Part shown: positions 29,431 to 40,267 of the stretch, piece after piece
Numbering within the stretch: the first letter of the stretch is position 1
Layout: the number at the start of each line of letters is the position of its first letter
Source of the DNA: Promethearchaeia archaeon
GTDB lineage: Archaea; Asgardarchaeota; Lokiarchaeia; Sigyniarchaeales; SOKP01
NCBI GenBank assembly: GCA_029856105.1
Contig: JAHQWH010000013.1
Span: 1 to 62,720, forward strand
Direction: 5' to 3'
Length of the DNA stretch: 62,720 bases
Translations under genes and position numbers: made by a program
Notes under the pieces: model-generated
What the model was told of the DNA's origin: nothing
Seen by the model: the letters and a program-made list of their open reading frames with translations, nothing else
Database searches by the model: none

Positions 29431-29994
29431 CTATTTTATGTTTTTTTTTTTAGGAAAACCACTTTCAATATCTCGTATAATCGAATTATATCTTGAACGC
29501 CCCCAAAGGTATCTATCCTTACTTCTTAAATCTTTGAATTCTTTCTCTAATTTTAACGCCTTAAATGCTTCTATAAATTCTAAATATCTTTCTGATTTTT
29601 TAGAACCTAAATTTTTAAATCTTTTTAATTCTTCGTGTTCTACGACTCTATAATCGTATACAGTGAATCTTTGGGGATATAGCACGGTTAATATGGCAGA
29701 AGCAGTAGCTATCCGAAACTCCCAATCAAATAGAATTTTTATTCTTTCTAAATCGGAGAGAGCACTATATATTTCGCCCGTTAATGTTATAACGTTCTCG
29801 TCAAATGTTTTAGATTCTTCTTTTTTTATTATTTTTCTAGCGTTTTTCCTTTTTGCTCTATCAGCCTTCCAAATTAAAATGCAATAAAACTGGACTCCGC
29901 TGATATACCCGTTATGTTGAAAGAATTCCGTAATATCCTTAAATAAATAACTTTCCAAATCGTAAAATTTCTCGTAATCTATTTTCTCGCTCAT
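29431..29994 (-). CDS. HhH/OGG-like DNA glycosylase-fold protein
   Basis: ILIWK...IATASAILTVLYPQRFTVYDYRV...RSKDRYLW. Confidence 0.55.
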   Translation of the reverse strand: MSEKIDYEKFYDLESYLFKDITEFFQHNGYISGVQFYCILIWKADRAKRKNARKIIKKEESKTFDENVITLTGEIYSALSDLERIKILFDWEFRIATASAILTVLYPQRFTVYDYRVVEHEELKRFKNLGSKKSERYLEFIEAFKALKLEKEFKDLRSKDRYLWGRSRYNSIIRDIESGFPKKKNIK

Positions 29995-30012
29995 TTTGGT
30001 TTTTACATCCTT

Positions 30013-30567
30013 TTATTTGATCGCTTTTTCATTTTTAGGAAATGAAATCTGTTCTTTTATTATTAATTCTTTGAATTTCTCTCTAAATTGCGTCTGATTA
30101 CCACGTGATGGAAAATTCAACATCTCAGTATTAATAACGTTAAATCCAAGTTTTCTAAGTCTCCCATTTAAAGAATTGAAAACAACTTTCTTTATTAGAA
30201 TTATTTTAGTGTCCTTATCTGTTAATTTTTTAAGCTTTTCAAGTAAATATGCAAAATCGTCGTTAATTAAACCTGCTATTACTTTATCGCTTAAACCGCT
30301 TGGAATTGGCGTGTGAATGGCATCTATTAAAAAAAAACCTATAGATTGTAATTCAATCAACCACTGCTTTTTATCGCTCCTTTCATATTTCATCGAAAAA
30401 AGAATTTCCACTATATTTTTAAAGAGATGGTCGTGTTTTTCCACTTTTTCAGAATAAAAATATCTTAACTCTTCTCCCTCTTTTTTCTCTGGGGGAGCTT
30501 CTGCGATAAATAAGTATTTTATTTTATAGGTTGGTTTATATTTCTCTGCTGCAGCTTCATATATCAT
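30013..30567 (-). CDS. Uracil-DNA glycosylase superfamily protein
   Basis: LFIAEAPP (motif A), YFY, FFLIDA, IILI, LNFPS (motif B-like). Confidence 0.65.
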   Translation of the reverse strand: MIYEAAAEKYKPTYKIKYLFIAEAPPEKKEGEELRYFYSEKVEKHDHLFKNIVEILFSMKYERSDKKQWLIELQSIGFFLIDAIHTPIPSGLSDKVIAGLINDDFAYLLEKLKKLTDKDTKIILIKKVVFNSLNGRLRKLGFNVINTEMLNFPSRGNQTQFREKFKELIIKEQISFPKNEKAIK

Positions 30568-30728
30568 CTTTCCTAACCTTTTTTATTTGATTTTTCTTAA
30601 CTACTTTGAATATTTAATAAATATGCTAGTAATAAACATTTATCCCAAATTCTTTCTCTTTAATTATTACAAGATCGATTAAATATAAAAAGAGTTCTAA
30701 AAAAACCCCCGACCTACTTCGTTCTCTT

Positions 30729-31055
30729 TCATTTCCCCTCGGAAAAATCTTTAAAATCCCGAAATCGACAACCGCTTTCGACGGACGTTTTACGCTCGTC
30801 TTCGGAACATTTAGCTCCCACTTCCTTCTCGAGCAAACCCTTTACGAAACCCTCCACGGCGACTTTGTACTCGCCAACTCTGCTTTTAGGCACTTGAAAA
30901 AACAAAAAGGCGGAACCTTCCCCCAAAGTTGACTCTATAGCATACTTACCCTCGACGAACTCCCGAACTGCCTCTCGGTACTCCAATATCTTGCTCGTAG
31001 GAACCCGAACGCTCACCCAGCCCGATGCCTCGCCAAACTTACGCTTTCTACCCAA
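30729..31055 (-). CDS. Tandem ribbon-helix-helix-like DNA-binding protein
   Basis: MGRKRKF; internal duplication WVSVRVPTSKILEYREAVREFVEG / FLFFQVPKSRVGEYKVAVEGFVKG. Confidence 0.55.
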   Translation of the reverse strand: MGRKRKFGEASGWVSVRVPTSKILEYREAVREFVEGKYAIESTLGEGSAFLFFQVPKSRVGEYKVAVEGFVKGLLEKEVGAKCSEDERKTSVESGCRFRDFKDFSEGK

Positions 31056-31150
31056 GAACCCAAACCAAACTTTGTTAAATCTTTCTTAAATTATAAGTTA
31101 AAGGCAACGATTTTAAACCGCTTGAATTTTAAAAGAAAAACATTCGAAAA

Positions 31151-31216
31151 TTTCGCGACTCGAAAATATGCGTTCCGAGACTCGAAATGGCCCCCCTCCT
31201 TTTCCGAGACTCGTAA
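31151..31216. repeat. Three imperfect 15-bp quasi-palindromic repeats TTYCG-MGACT-CGWAA
   Basis: Copies at 31151-31165, 31173-31187 and 31202-31216. Confidence 0.7.
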
Positions 31217-31221
31217 AACCT

Positions 31222-31250
31222 CTATGTATCTTGATATATTATACGAAAGT
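31222..31250 (-). repeat. dif-like site containing the right copy of the 11-bp boundary repeat
   Basis: Minus strand CTTTCGTATAA-TATATC-AAGATACATAG. Confidence 0.4.
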
Positions 31251-31348
31251 AGCAAACCAAACAAAAAAAATATTTCTCTTAGTTGATGCAATCTTAGTGT
31301 ATTCTTCAAATTCAATTTGAAGTTAAAAATGTAATAAGAATTAGATAT

Positions 31349-33634
<2,286 letters not shown>

Positions 33635-33742
33635 TTAATCATTTTATAGTATTAAAAAATACAATTTTAAATTTATATAATAAATGGCAATTTATGTTTT
33701 TTTCTATTTTTTTTTATAACTGTCTAGTAAGAATTAATAAAT

Positions 33743-34543
33743 TTAATAGGAAATTTCTAAGTTTAAATTCTTTTCTAGAAATGTTATATATTCTTTTGAA
33801 ATCTTTGAGTCATTAAGAGATAAATTTAAAGATTTTTTGATAAATAATTTTCTTAATTTTAATATTCTATTTTTATAGATTTGCAACTCTGGATTCTTTA
33901 ATAACTCTCCAACAATAAGCCGAGTTTGTTTATCTAATACCTTATGATATCGATCAATAATTTTAACTTCGTTTCTCCTTGTTGTATCGCTTATTCTCGC
34001 TAATTTTAATTGCTTATTAAAAATTTTAACTAAGTCCGTAATTTCTATTTTTAGATTCTCAGTTTTCGATAAATCATAGCTTTTTAGTGGTTTATCCCAA
34101 TTATAATTATGAAAAGAATCAAATTTTACGTTCACATTAGAAATTACTTGGTTTGGAATCGTATAACCCCTTTTTTCGTTCCATTTAACACATATTTCGA
34201 AGGGCGTTGCTATATAAATAAAAAAGAAGGATTTTTTTAAATTCTCAGCGATTTCTTTTAAATCATGCCTCATGCTTGTATAATAATTTAAATCGTCGCT
34301 AATAACAATAAAATTATTCTTTAAAGCAAATTCTATTCTCTCTAAATTAGTTTTTCTTACAAAATGTTCATTTTTGGAATTAAATTTATTTGGAAAATGA
34401 ATACTCCTTATTTTGTCAGGGTCTATTATTTTAACCTTATACGAAGTTATTTGCTCTATAGTTTCTTTTAGCAAGATTGCAAATGTAGTTTTACCCGAAG
34501 CTGGTAATCCAACTAAAACTATTAAAAAGTTTTGATCAATCAC
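33743..34543 (-). CDS. pstK: O-phosphoseryl-tRNA(Sec) kinase (PSTK/Kti12 family)
   Basis: GLPASGKT, DKIR, DDLNYYTSMRHDL, YNWDKP. Confidence 0.8.
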   Translation of the reverse strand: MIDQNFLIVLVGLPASGKTTFAILLKETIEQITSYKVKIIDPDKIRSIHFPNKFNSKNEHFVRKTNLERIEFALKNNFIVISDDLNYYTSMRHDLKEIAENLKKSFFFIYIATPFEICVKWNEKRGYTIPNQVISNVNVKFDSFHNYNWDKPLKSYDLSKTENLKIEITDLVKIFNKQLKLARISDTTRRNEVKIIDRYHKVLDKQTRLIVGELLKNPELQIYKNRILKLRKLFIKKSLNLSLNDSKISKEYITFLEKNLNLEISY

Positions 34544-34820
34544 TTACTTCTTCAGCTTCATCAAAGGTTTTTATTAATTCTATTTTTTGTTTTCTTGTAA
34601 AAGTTTTAATTTCTAGCTCACGTCTCATAGCATCACCCCTTTCGTCAAAAGTTTGAAAATACTTAAGTCTTATACTCTTTTTCCCTCGACAAAACTTAGC
34701 CCCAGTTCCCTTTTTATGTTCTTGTAATCTTCTGTTAAGATTATTAGTATATCCCGTATAGAATCTTTTTTTGTTATTTTTCGCAATCGTTTCTAATATA
34801 TACACGTAATAAAGAGACAT
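34536..34820 (-). CDS. GIY-YIG nuclease (UPF0213-like)
   Basis: YYVYIL, FYTGYTNNLNRRLQEH, GAKF, AMRRELEIK. Confidence 0.88.
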   Translation of the reverse strand: MSLYYVYILETIAKNNKKRFYTGYTNNLNRRLQEHKKGTGAKFCRGKKSIRLKYFQTFDERGDAMRRELEIKTFTRKQKIELIKTFDEAEEVSD

Positions 34821-35023
34821 GTCAGACTCACTATTTATAAAATGCCTTTTTTTCTATTTATTCTTTTAGGCGTATATTTAATCTTTTAATGTTGTTAAAA
34901 GAAAGTGCGAAATTCAGTATATATACATATTATATTTTTTTAATTAAAAATTAAAAATTAAATTTATTAATAAAAACTTTTATATTTTTTTAAGGAAGCT
35001 TTTGATTTTTTAGGTGTGATGTT

Positions 35024-35659
35024 ATTCCTTTAGGTATTTGCTTGATTAAGTGGGATGAGATTCTTGGCGGAAATATATACATGAAATATCCCAATGAAGT
35101 AGCAATTCCTGATAATGTCGTGCAACAGATCCAAATTTCACACAATTTTGTTGAATCGTACATTACTATTGAAGAAAAAAATTGGAATTCAATTTCATAT
35201 TATAACGAAAACAAAGAAATCATTATCGTATTAGTTTTAGATAAATACGACGACAGTTCAGATTATACCGTTATTTTAGATGAATTTAAAAAAGAATTAG
35301 AGCTAGAGTTAAACGAAGATAGGCTCAAAGAACATATAGAAAGAATATATAATCTTTCCTTAAAAGTTTTTAGAACGAGAGACGAGGTAATAGCGAAATT
35401 AAGCAATGAAGTAGCTCAATTGAAAACTTTAGAATATGATTTAATAAAGAAATTTGAAAGGATTTCAAAATCAGATCATCTAAAAGTAAAGAGCAAAATT
35501 CAGTTTTTATTAGCTATTAACGATGAGATGAAATATGAGGATATTAAAAAATCTATTAATACGAGTAAAAGATGGTTAGATAGCGTTCTTGACACTCTTT
35601 CTAAAAATAATATTATCAAGTTTGATAACGAAAAAGATACCTATTATCTTATTGTTTGA
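35024..35659 (+). CDS. Longin/uDENN-like N-terminus + coiled coil + winged-helix C-terminus
   Basis: (P)LGICLIKWDEILGGNIYMKYP; heptad region; wHTH-like end; start is either ATT 35024 or TTG 35042. Confidence 0.55.
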   Translation: MPLGICLIKWDEILGGNIYMKYPNEVAIPDNVVQQIQISHNFVESYITIEEKNWNSISYYNENKEIIIVLVLDKYDDSSDYTVILDEFKKELELELNEDRLKEHIERIYNLSLKVFRTRDEVIAKLSNEVAQLKTLEYDLIKKFERISKSDHLKVKSKIQFLLAINDEMKYEDIKKSINTSKRWLDSVLDTLSKNNIIKFDNEKDTYYLIV

Positions 35660-35754
35660 ATAATTCTAAACACTCTTTTATAAAAAAATACATTATTAAA
35701 AAAGTTCTTACTTTAATTATTATAAATTCAAAATTTGAATCTTTTAAAAAATAA

Positions 35755-36903
35755 TTGGGTAAAAAAAGCATGAACCTTTCAGATGAAGAACAAAACGAAG
35801 TCCTAAAAGTAATGAAATCTCAAATGTTGACGCTTTTACACGGCGAATATGTAAAAAAATTTGAGGAAGAATTCGCTCGTTACATTGGCGTAAAACACGC
35901 TATTGGAGTTAATACTGGAACTGCTGCGTTACATATGTCTATAGCCGCTTTGGATATAGGGCCCGGAGATGAGGTTATTGTCCCTCCTTTTACCTTTATA
36001 GCAACAGCAACTTCAATATTACACAATAATGCAATACCGATATTTGCGGATATTGATAATAAATCCTATACTATCGATCCCGAATCCGTGAAAAAACATA
36101 TTACAGATAAAACTAAAGCAATTATTCCAGTCCATTTAGCGGGTATTTCAGCCGATATGGGTGCCCTTAAAGACCTTGCAAACGATTTTAATTTATATCT
36201 GATTGAAGACGCTTGCCAATCGCACGGAACAAAATATTTGGGTAAGAAAGTTGGTTCTCTTGGAGATATTAGCACTTTTAGTTTTTATCCTTCAAAGAAT
36301 ATAACTACTGGGGAGGGCGGTATGATAACGACTAACAGCGATGAATTAGCTGAACAATGCCGTTTACTAAGACATCACGGTGAACCAGAGTGGTATGTAT
36401 ACAATCGTTTAGGTTATAATTATAGGATGACTGAAATACAAGCCGCAATAGGAAGGGTTCAATTAAAAAAAATCGATAATTTTATAAAAATAAGAAATAA
36501 AAACGCTATGTACTTAACAGAAGCAGTAAACAAAATAGAAGGAATTGAGCCGCCTTATGTTCCTGAATATTGTGAACCCGCTTTTAATTATTGGATAGGG
36601 CGTTTTGATCCAAATAAACTCGGTTTGAATAAAGCTGAATTTTTAAACAAATTTCCAAAGAGTAAAGTCCTTTACCCTAAACCCTTATACGAAACTAAAT
36701 TATTCAAGGAAAAAATTGCGTATCCAAAAGGATGTCCATGGTCGTGTCCTTTTTATGGCAAAGAAATAGATTATAATAAAATAGAATTACCTATAGTTGA
36801 AAAAGTTACCAAAGAGATTTTTGCTTTAGATATCCACCCAAAAACGACTAAAGAGGGCCTAGATCACAACATTAATTCAATGCAGAACTTAATCAAGAAA
36901 TAA
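35755..36903 (+). CDS. DegT/DnrJ/EryC1/StrS aminotransferase
   Basis: NTGTAALH, IEDACQSHG, SFYPSKNITTGEGG, GYNYRM. Confidence 0.93.
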   Translation: MGKKSMNLSDEEQNEVLKVMKSQMLTLLHGEYVKKFEEEFARYIGVKHAIGVNTGTAALHMSIAALDIGPGDEVIVPPFTFIATATSILHNNAIPIFADIDNKSYTIDPESVKKHITDKTKAIIPVHLAGISADMGALKDLANDFNLYLIEDACQSHGTKYLGKKVGSLGDISTFSFYPSKNITTGEGGMITTNSDELAEQCRLLRHHGEPEWYVYNRLGYNYRMTEIQAAIGRVQLKKIDNFIKIRNKNAMYLTEAVNKIEGIEPPYVPEYCEPAFNYWIGRFDPNKLGLNKAEFLNKFPKSKVLYPKPLYETKLFKEKIAYPKGCPWSCPFYGKEIDYNKIELPIVEKVTKEIFALDIHPKTTKEGLDHNINSMQNLIKK

Positions 36904-36925
36904 TAAGCAAGGGAATCTTATTTTT

Positions 36926-37198
36926 ATGAAAAGAATTATAATCAAAGTATATGGAAGCGTTCAGGGCGTCTTCTTTCGCTACACTACACGTAAAGTGGCA
37001 CGTAAAATAGGTTTAGTTGGATTTGTTAAAAACTTAGCTGATGGAAGCGTTTATATCGAAGCTGAAGGAACAGAAAGCGAGCTAAAGAAATTACTTGAGT
37101 TCGCAAAAAGAGGTCCGAAATATGCTAAAGTTGAAAATATAAAATATGAATTTAAAGAAGCTCAGAATAGATATAAGGGTTTCGATTACTTTGTTTAA
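36926..37198 (+). CDS. acyP: Acylphosphatase
   Basis: VYGSVQGVFFR, GFVKNLADGSV. Confidence 0.93.
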   Translation: MKRIIIKVYGSVQGVFFRYTTRKVARKIGLVGFVKNLADGSVYIEAEGTESELKKLLEFAKRGPKYAKVENIKYEFKEAQNRYKGFDYFV

Positions 37199-37304
37199 TG
37201 AATCTTTTTCTCAAATAAGTTCAAATCGTTCTGCTTTAATTTTCAATGATCATATTATGTAGATATTATTAAAGAAAATAAATAATATTTCGATATTATT
37301 ACTC

Positions 37305-37658
37305 ATGTCGGTATTATTAAAGAGAAATAAATTCCTTCAATTCTTTCAATCTATCAACCATAACAAGATAAAATATCAAGGACCAATAATTTTAAGGATG
37401 TATGGTTTATTAAATGAATTTGAATTGCGTAATGAAAATAGATACATTCTCTGTAATTTCATAGATCAAAATAGTGATTTATTCGATTTAAAAAGGGATA
37501 TATACAAAAGCAATCACGATGTATCCTTAAAGCAATTATTTCTCTTTGCCTATCATAAAGCTAGGACAAACAATCTATTAAACGACTTATATGGGGAATA
37601 TTTTAACTGTATTGCTGCAATATCGAAGAAAGTTGACACTCAAACTAATTTATCTTAA
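37305..37658 (+). CDS. Hypothetical protein
   Basis: 117-aa ATG ORF. Confidence 0.65.
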   Translation: MSVLLKRNKFLQFFQSINHNKIKYQGPIILRMYGLLNEFELRNENRYILCNFIDQNSDLFDLKRDIYKSNHDVSLKQLFLFAYHKARTNNLLNDLYGEYFNCIAAISKKVDTQTNLS

Positions 37659-37786
37659 ATCCCGGTAATCGAGTTGAATTTTCATTACACCACAATTAAA
37701 TACTCCTAAAGATTTAGGTGAAAATTATTATTAAGGATAAGTATTATTATGAAAGTAAATAAAGTCAATAATTTATGTGAACAATT

Positions 37787-38323
37787 ATGACCACTGAACC
37801 TGAACCAAACTATATTATAAAGGTGTGTTTACTGGGGGAAGCAAATGTGGGTAAAACCTCATTGGTTTATAGATTTATCGAAAATAAATTTAAAGATAAT
37901 TATAAAAGCACCCTTGGTGTAAACCTTTTAAAGAAAGATATGGAACTTAAAGGGTATGGCGATATTTCTGCTCAGATATGGGATCTTGGCGGGCAAGAAA
38001 GCTTTAGAAGTCTTCGGAGATTGTATTTAGAAGGTGCAAATGGCGCTTTAGTTATATACGATTGTACTAAAAGAAATTCTTATGAAAAGCTCGATGAGTG
38101 GATCGAAGATTTTAAAAATGCCAGAGGAGACGAGCCTTTGGTTCTAATTGGAAACAAAAACGATTTAACCGATAAAATTAAAATTACTGAGAGCGAAGCT
38201 AGCGAATTTGCGAAGAGCTATAACATGGAATTTATATCCACTTCTGCTAAAACAGGATCTAATGTAGAAGACGCTTTTTTAGAAATTACAAAAAAAATTT
38301 TGGATAAAAATTTGAATAAATAG
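37787..38323 (+). CDS. Rab-like small GTPase
   Basis: GEANVGKT, YKSTLG, WDLGGQ, GNKND, STSAK. Confidence 0.93.
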   Translation: MTTEPEPNYIIKVCLLGEANVGKTSLVYRFIENKFKDNYKSTLGVNLLKKDMELKGYGDISAQIWDLGGQESFRSLRRLYLEGANGALVIYDCTKRNSYEKLDEWIEDFKNARGDEPLVLIGNKNDLTDKIKITESEASEFAKSYNMEFISTSAKTGSNVEDAFLEITKKILDKNLNK

Positions 38324-38376
38324 AGATGTAGATTTAAGCTATAGGTTATTTCTAATTAACTTCAATTTTAAGAAAA

Positions 38377-38432
38377 TTATAAACAAAAAATCATTTATAA
38401 AGACTTTATAAACAAAAAATCATTTATAAAGA
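38377..38432 (+). promoter_or_regulatory. Tandemly duplicated 27-bp TATA-containing element upstream of tbp
   Basis: TTATAAACAAAAAATCATTTATAAAGA at 38377-38403 and 38406-38432. Confidence 0.75.
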
Positions 38433-38502
38433 AATACCCTTTTTAGAAGAATTTAATTTTTCTTAAATTAATTCAAATCATATTTATCAATATTGATGTA
38501 AG

Positions 38503-39183
38503 ATGGTAAAAGAAGTAAAAGAAGTAGAAGAAGTAGAGGACGAAGAGGAAGTAGAGGAAGAAGTGGACTTCGATGATGAAAAAGATAAGGCCGAAGGAAT
38601 CGATTATAAGATTGAGAACGTTGTTGCGACTGTAGTTGTCGAGATCACAGAAAAAATCGATTTAAATATAATTGCTCGCAAACACGCTGATGTTGAATAT
38701 AATCCTGAAAGATTTCCAGGATTAGTTATGAGAATTTTAAAACCTAAAGCAACCATATTAATTTTCTCGACTGGAAAGATGGTAGTTACCGGTATGCGCA
38801 GAGCTTCGGAAGCTGATAGGGTTGTGGAGAAGGTGTTAAAGAATATAAGAAAAGCCGGAATAAAAGTATCCAATCCCGAAATTACCATTCAAAATATAGT
38901 AGCTAGTGGAGATTTGCACACAAATATAGATTTAAATATGGCTGCTATCGTTATGGAGTTCGCTATGTACGAGCCAGAAGTCTTCCCAGGGTTAATCTAC
39001 CGGATGCCAGATCCAAAAACCGTATTTTTAATATTCAGCACTGGAAGGATTGTTTGCACAGGAGCAAAAAAAAAAGAGATTGTTAGAGAAGCTGTAAAGG
39101 AGTTAAATAAACAAGTGCGGGAGCTTGGTGTCGCAAAAAAGGAATTAGGTGATACCGATTATCAAGATATAACCTTCATTTAA
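38503..39183 (+). CDS. tbp: TATA-box binding protein
   Basis: IENVVA, YNPERFPGL, LIFSTGKMVVTG; second repeat IQNIVA, YEPEVFPGLIYR. Confidence 0.97.
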   Translation: MVKEVKEVEEVEDEEEVEEEVDFDDEKDKAEGIDYKIENVVATVVVEITEKIDLNIIARKHADVEYNPERFPGLVMRILKPKATILIFSTGKMVVTGMRRASEADRVVEKVLKNIRKAGIKVSNPEITIQNIVASGDLHTNIDLNMAAIVMEFAMYEPEVFPGLIYRMPDPKTVFLIFSTGRIVCTGAKKKEIVREAVKELNKQVRELGVAKKELGDTDYQDITFI

Positions 39184-39416
39184 TTTATTCATTATTTATT
39201 TTTTTATTTTTAATACTAATAAGGCTAATCTTGCTTGGTTGATCTTAAATTACTTAATTAAATTTATAAACTAATAATTAAGGCAAATTAATCTTAAAAA
39301 AAGCTGAACTGAAATTAAAACTAATTCGACGAGTCTTAACTAGTATTTTAATTTCAACTTTGTTTTTATACCTACACTGACAAACTCAAAAAAATTGAAA
39401 GATAATGGATTTTAAA

Positions 39417-39896
39417 TTAATCTTTTTGAAACACGATCATAAATTCACAGTAAGGATTTCCTGATTGTAAACTGCAATCTACTTCTTGAGCGAAACAATG
39501 AATATTTGTCATTCTTTCAACCAAACCTGCTAATAAACCTGCTTCGAAGGAACAAAAACTTCCTTCTGTTTTAATCCCTCTATTGATAAGATCTTTAATT
39601 GAAGAATGCCCTCTTAGTTTCAATTGAACTAATTCCTCTGAACTTTCCGTAATCTCGACCTCTCCTAGATTATATTCGGCGATTTTTTCTTTTAATGCTT
39701 CAGGTATGTTTTTTACGTCCTTAAGTTGTTTTACTTTAAGGATAGTTCCCAATTCATGACCTAAATAGTAAAATATAGCTTCTAATTGGTGACCAAGAGC
39801 TAATAAAGCCCCCACTTTCATATCTCCAATTTCTTTTCCATCTTCCAAATGTTTTCTCATTTGTACTAAAATTTTCGAAAGCAACGATCTATCCAT
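39417..39896 (-). CDS. V4R-domain protein
   Basis: FYYLGHELG, CSFEAGLLAG, EVDC...GNPYCEF. Confidence 0.85.
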   Translation of the reverse strand: MDRSLLSKILVQMRKHLEDGKEIGDMKVGALLALGHQLEAIFYYLGHELGTILKVKQLKDVKNIPEALKEKIAEYNLGEVEITESSEELVQLKLRGHSSIKDLINRGIKTEGSFCSFEAGLLAGLVERMTNIHCFAQEVDCSLQSGNPYCEFMIVFQKD

Positions 39897-39933
39897 TTTT
39901 TTTAAACTCCCTTTTTCTTATTTTTTTTTATAA

Positions 39934-40227
39934 TTATATTTTTACGGATGAAATAAATCCGAGTAGGATCGCGTCAACAATATCCTCCTCTTGAATATTT
40001 AAACTTAACCTTTTACCTGCCACAATTACCGTAGGCAAGGAGGTGATTTTATATTCGCTAGTTAATTGGTAATTTTTTTCTACATCTATTTTTTCTATAT
40101 ACAATTTTTTACCAAACATTGATATATTAATTTTCTTCAACATTTCTTCTACTGGTTTACAAGGAGTGCAATAGGATGATGAAAAGAATAAAATCCTCGG
40201 GTAACCCTGTTGAAAATTTACTGACAT
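39934..40227 (-). CDS. Thioredoxin-fold protein
   Basis: CTPC, KIDVE, ITSLPT (cis-Pro). Confidence 0.85.
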   Translation of the reverse strand: MSVNFQQGYPRILFFSSSYCTPCKPVEEMLKKINISMFGKKLYIEKIDVEKNYQLTSEYKITSLPTVIVAGKRLSLNIQEEDIVDAILLGFISSVKI

Positions 40228-40267
40228 AAATTAACCTTATGAATACCAGTAGATTATTGAATTTATT

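Larger units (their letters stand above)
2757..31250. mobile_element. Integrase-less defence island / putative rolling-circle mobile element
   Basis: Run of non-housekeeping genes between M20 and cdc48; contains HUH Rep, HerA-like ATPase and many defence genes; strong minus-strand bias; TATACGAAAGT at 2757-2767 and 31240-31250. Exact ends are tentative. Confidence 0.75.

Noticed and set aside
5576-31055. Integron-like cassette array suggested by the strand bias
   Set aside because: No repeated attC-like motif found across intergenic regions and no integron integrase
31091-31315. 74-aa ORF
   Set aside because: Runs through the repeat and dif-like region; no protein features
33743-40227. Selenoprotein or SECIS near pstK
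   Set aside because: The thioredoxin has ordinary CTPC, and no in-frame UGA read-through candidate was seen
39934-40227. KaiB clock protein
   Set aside because: Retains the CxxC of thioredoxins; no KaiC nearby
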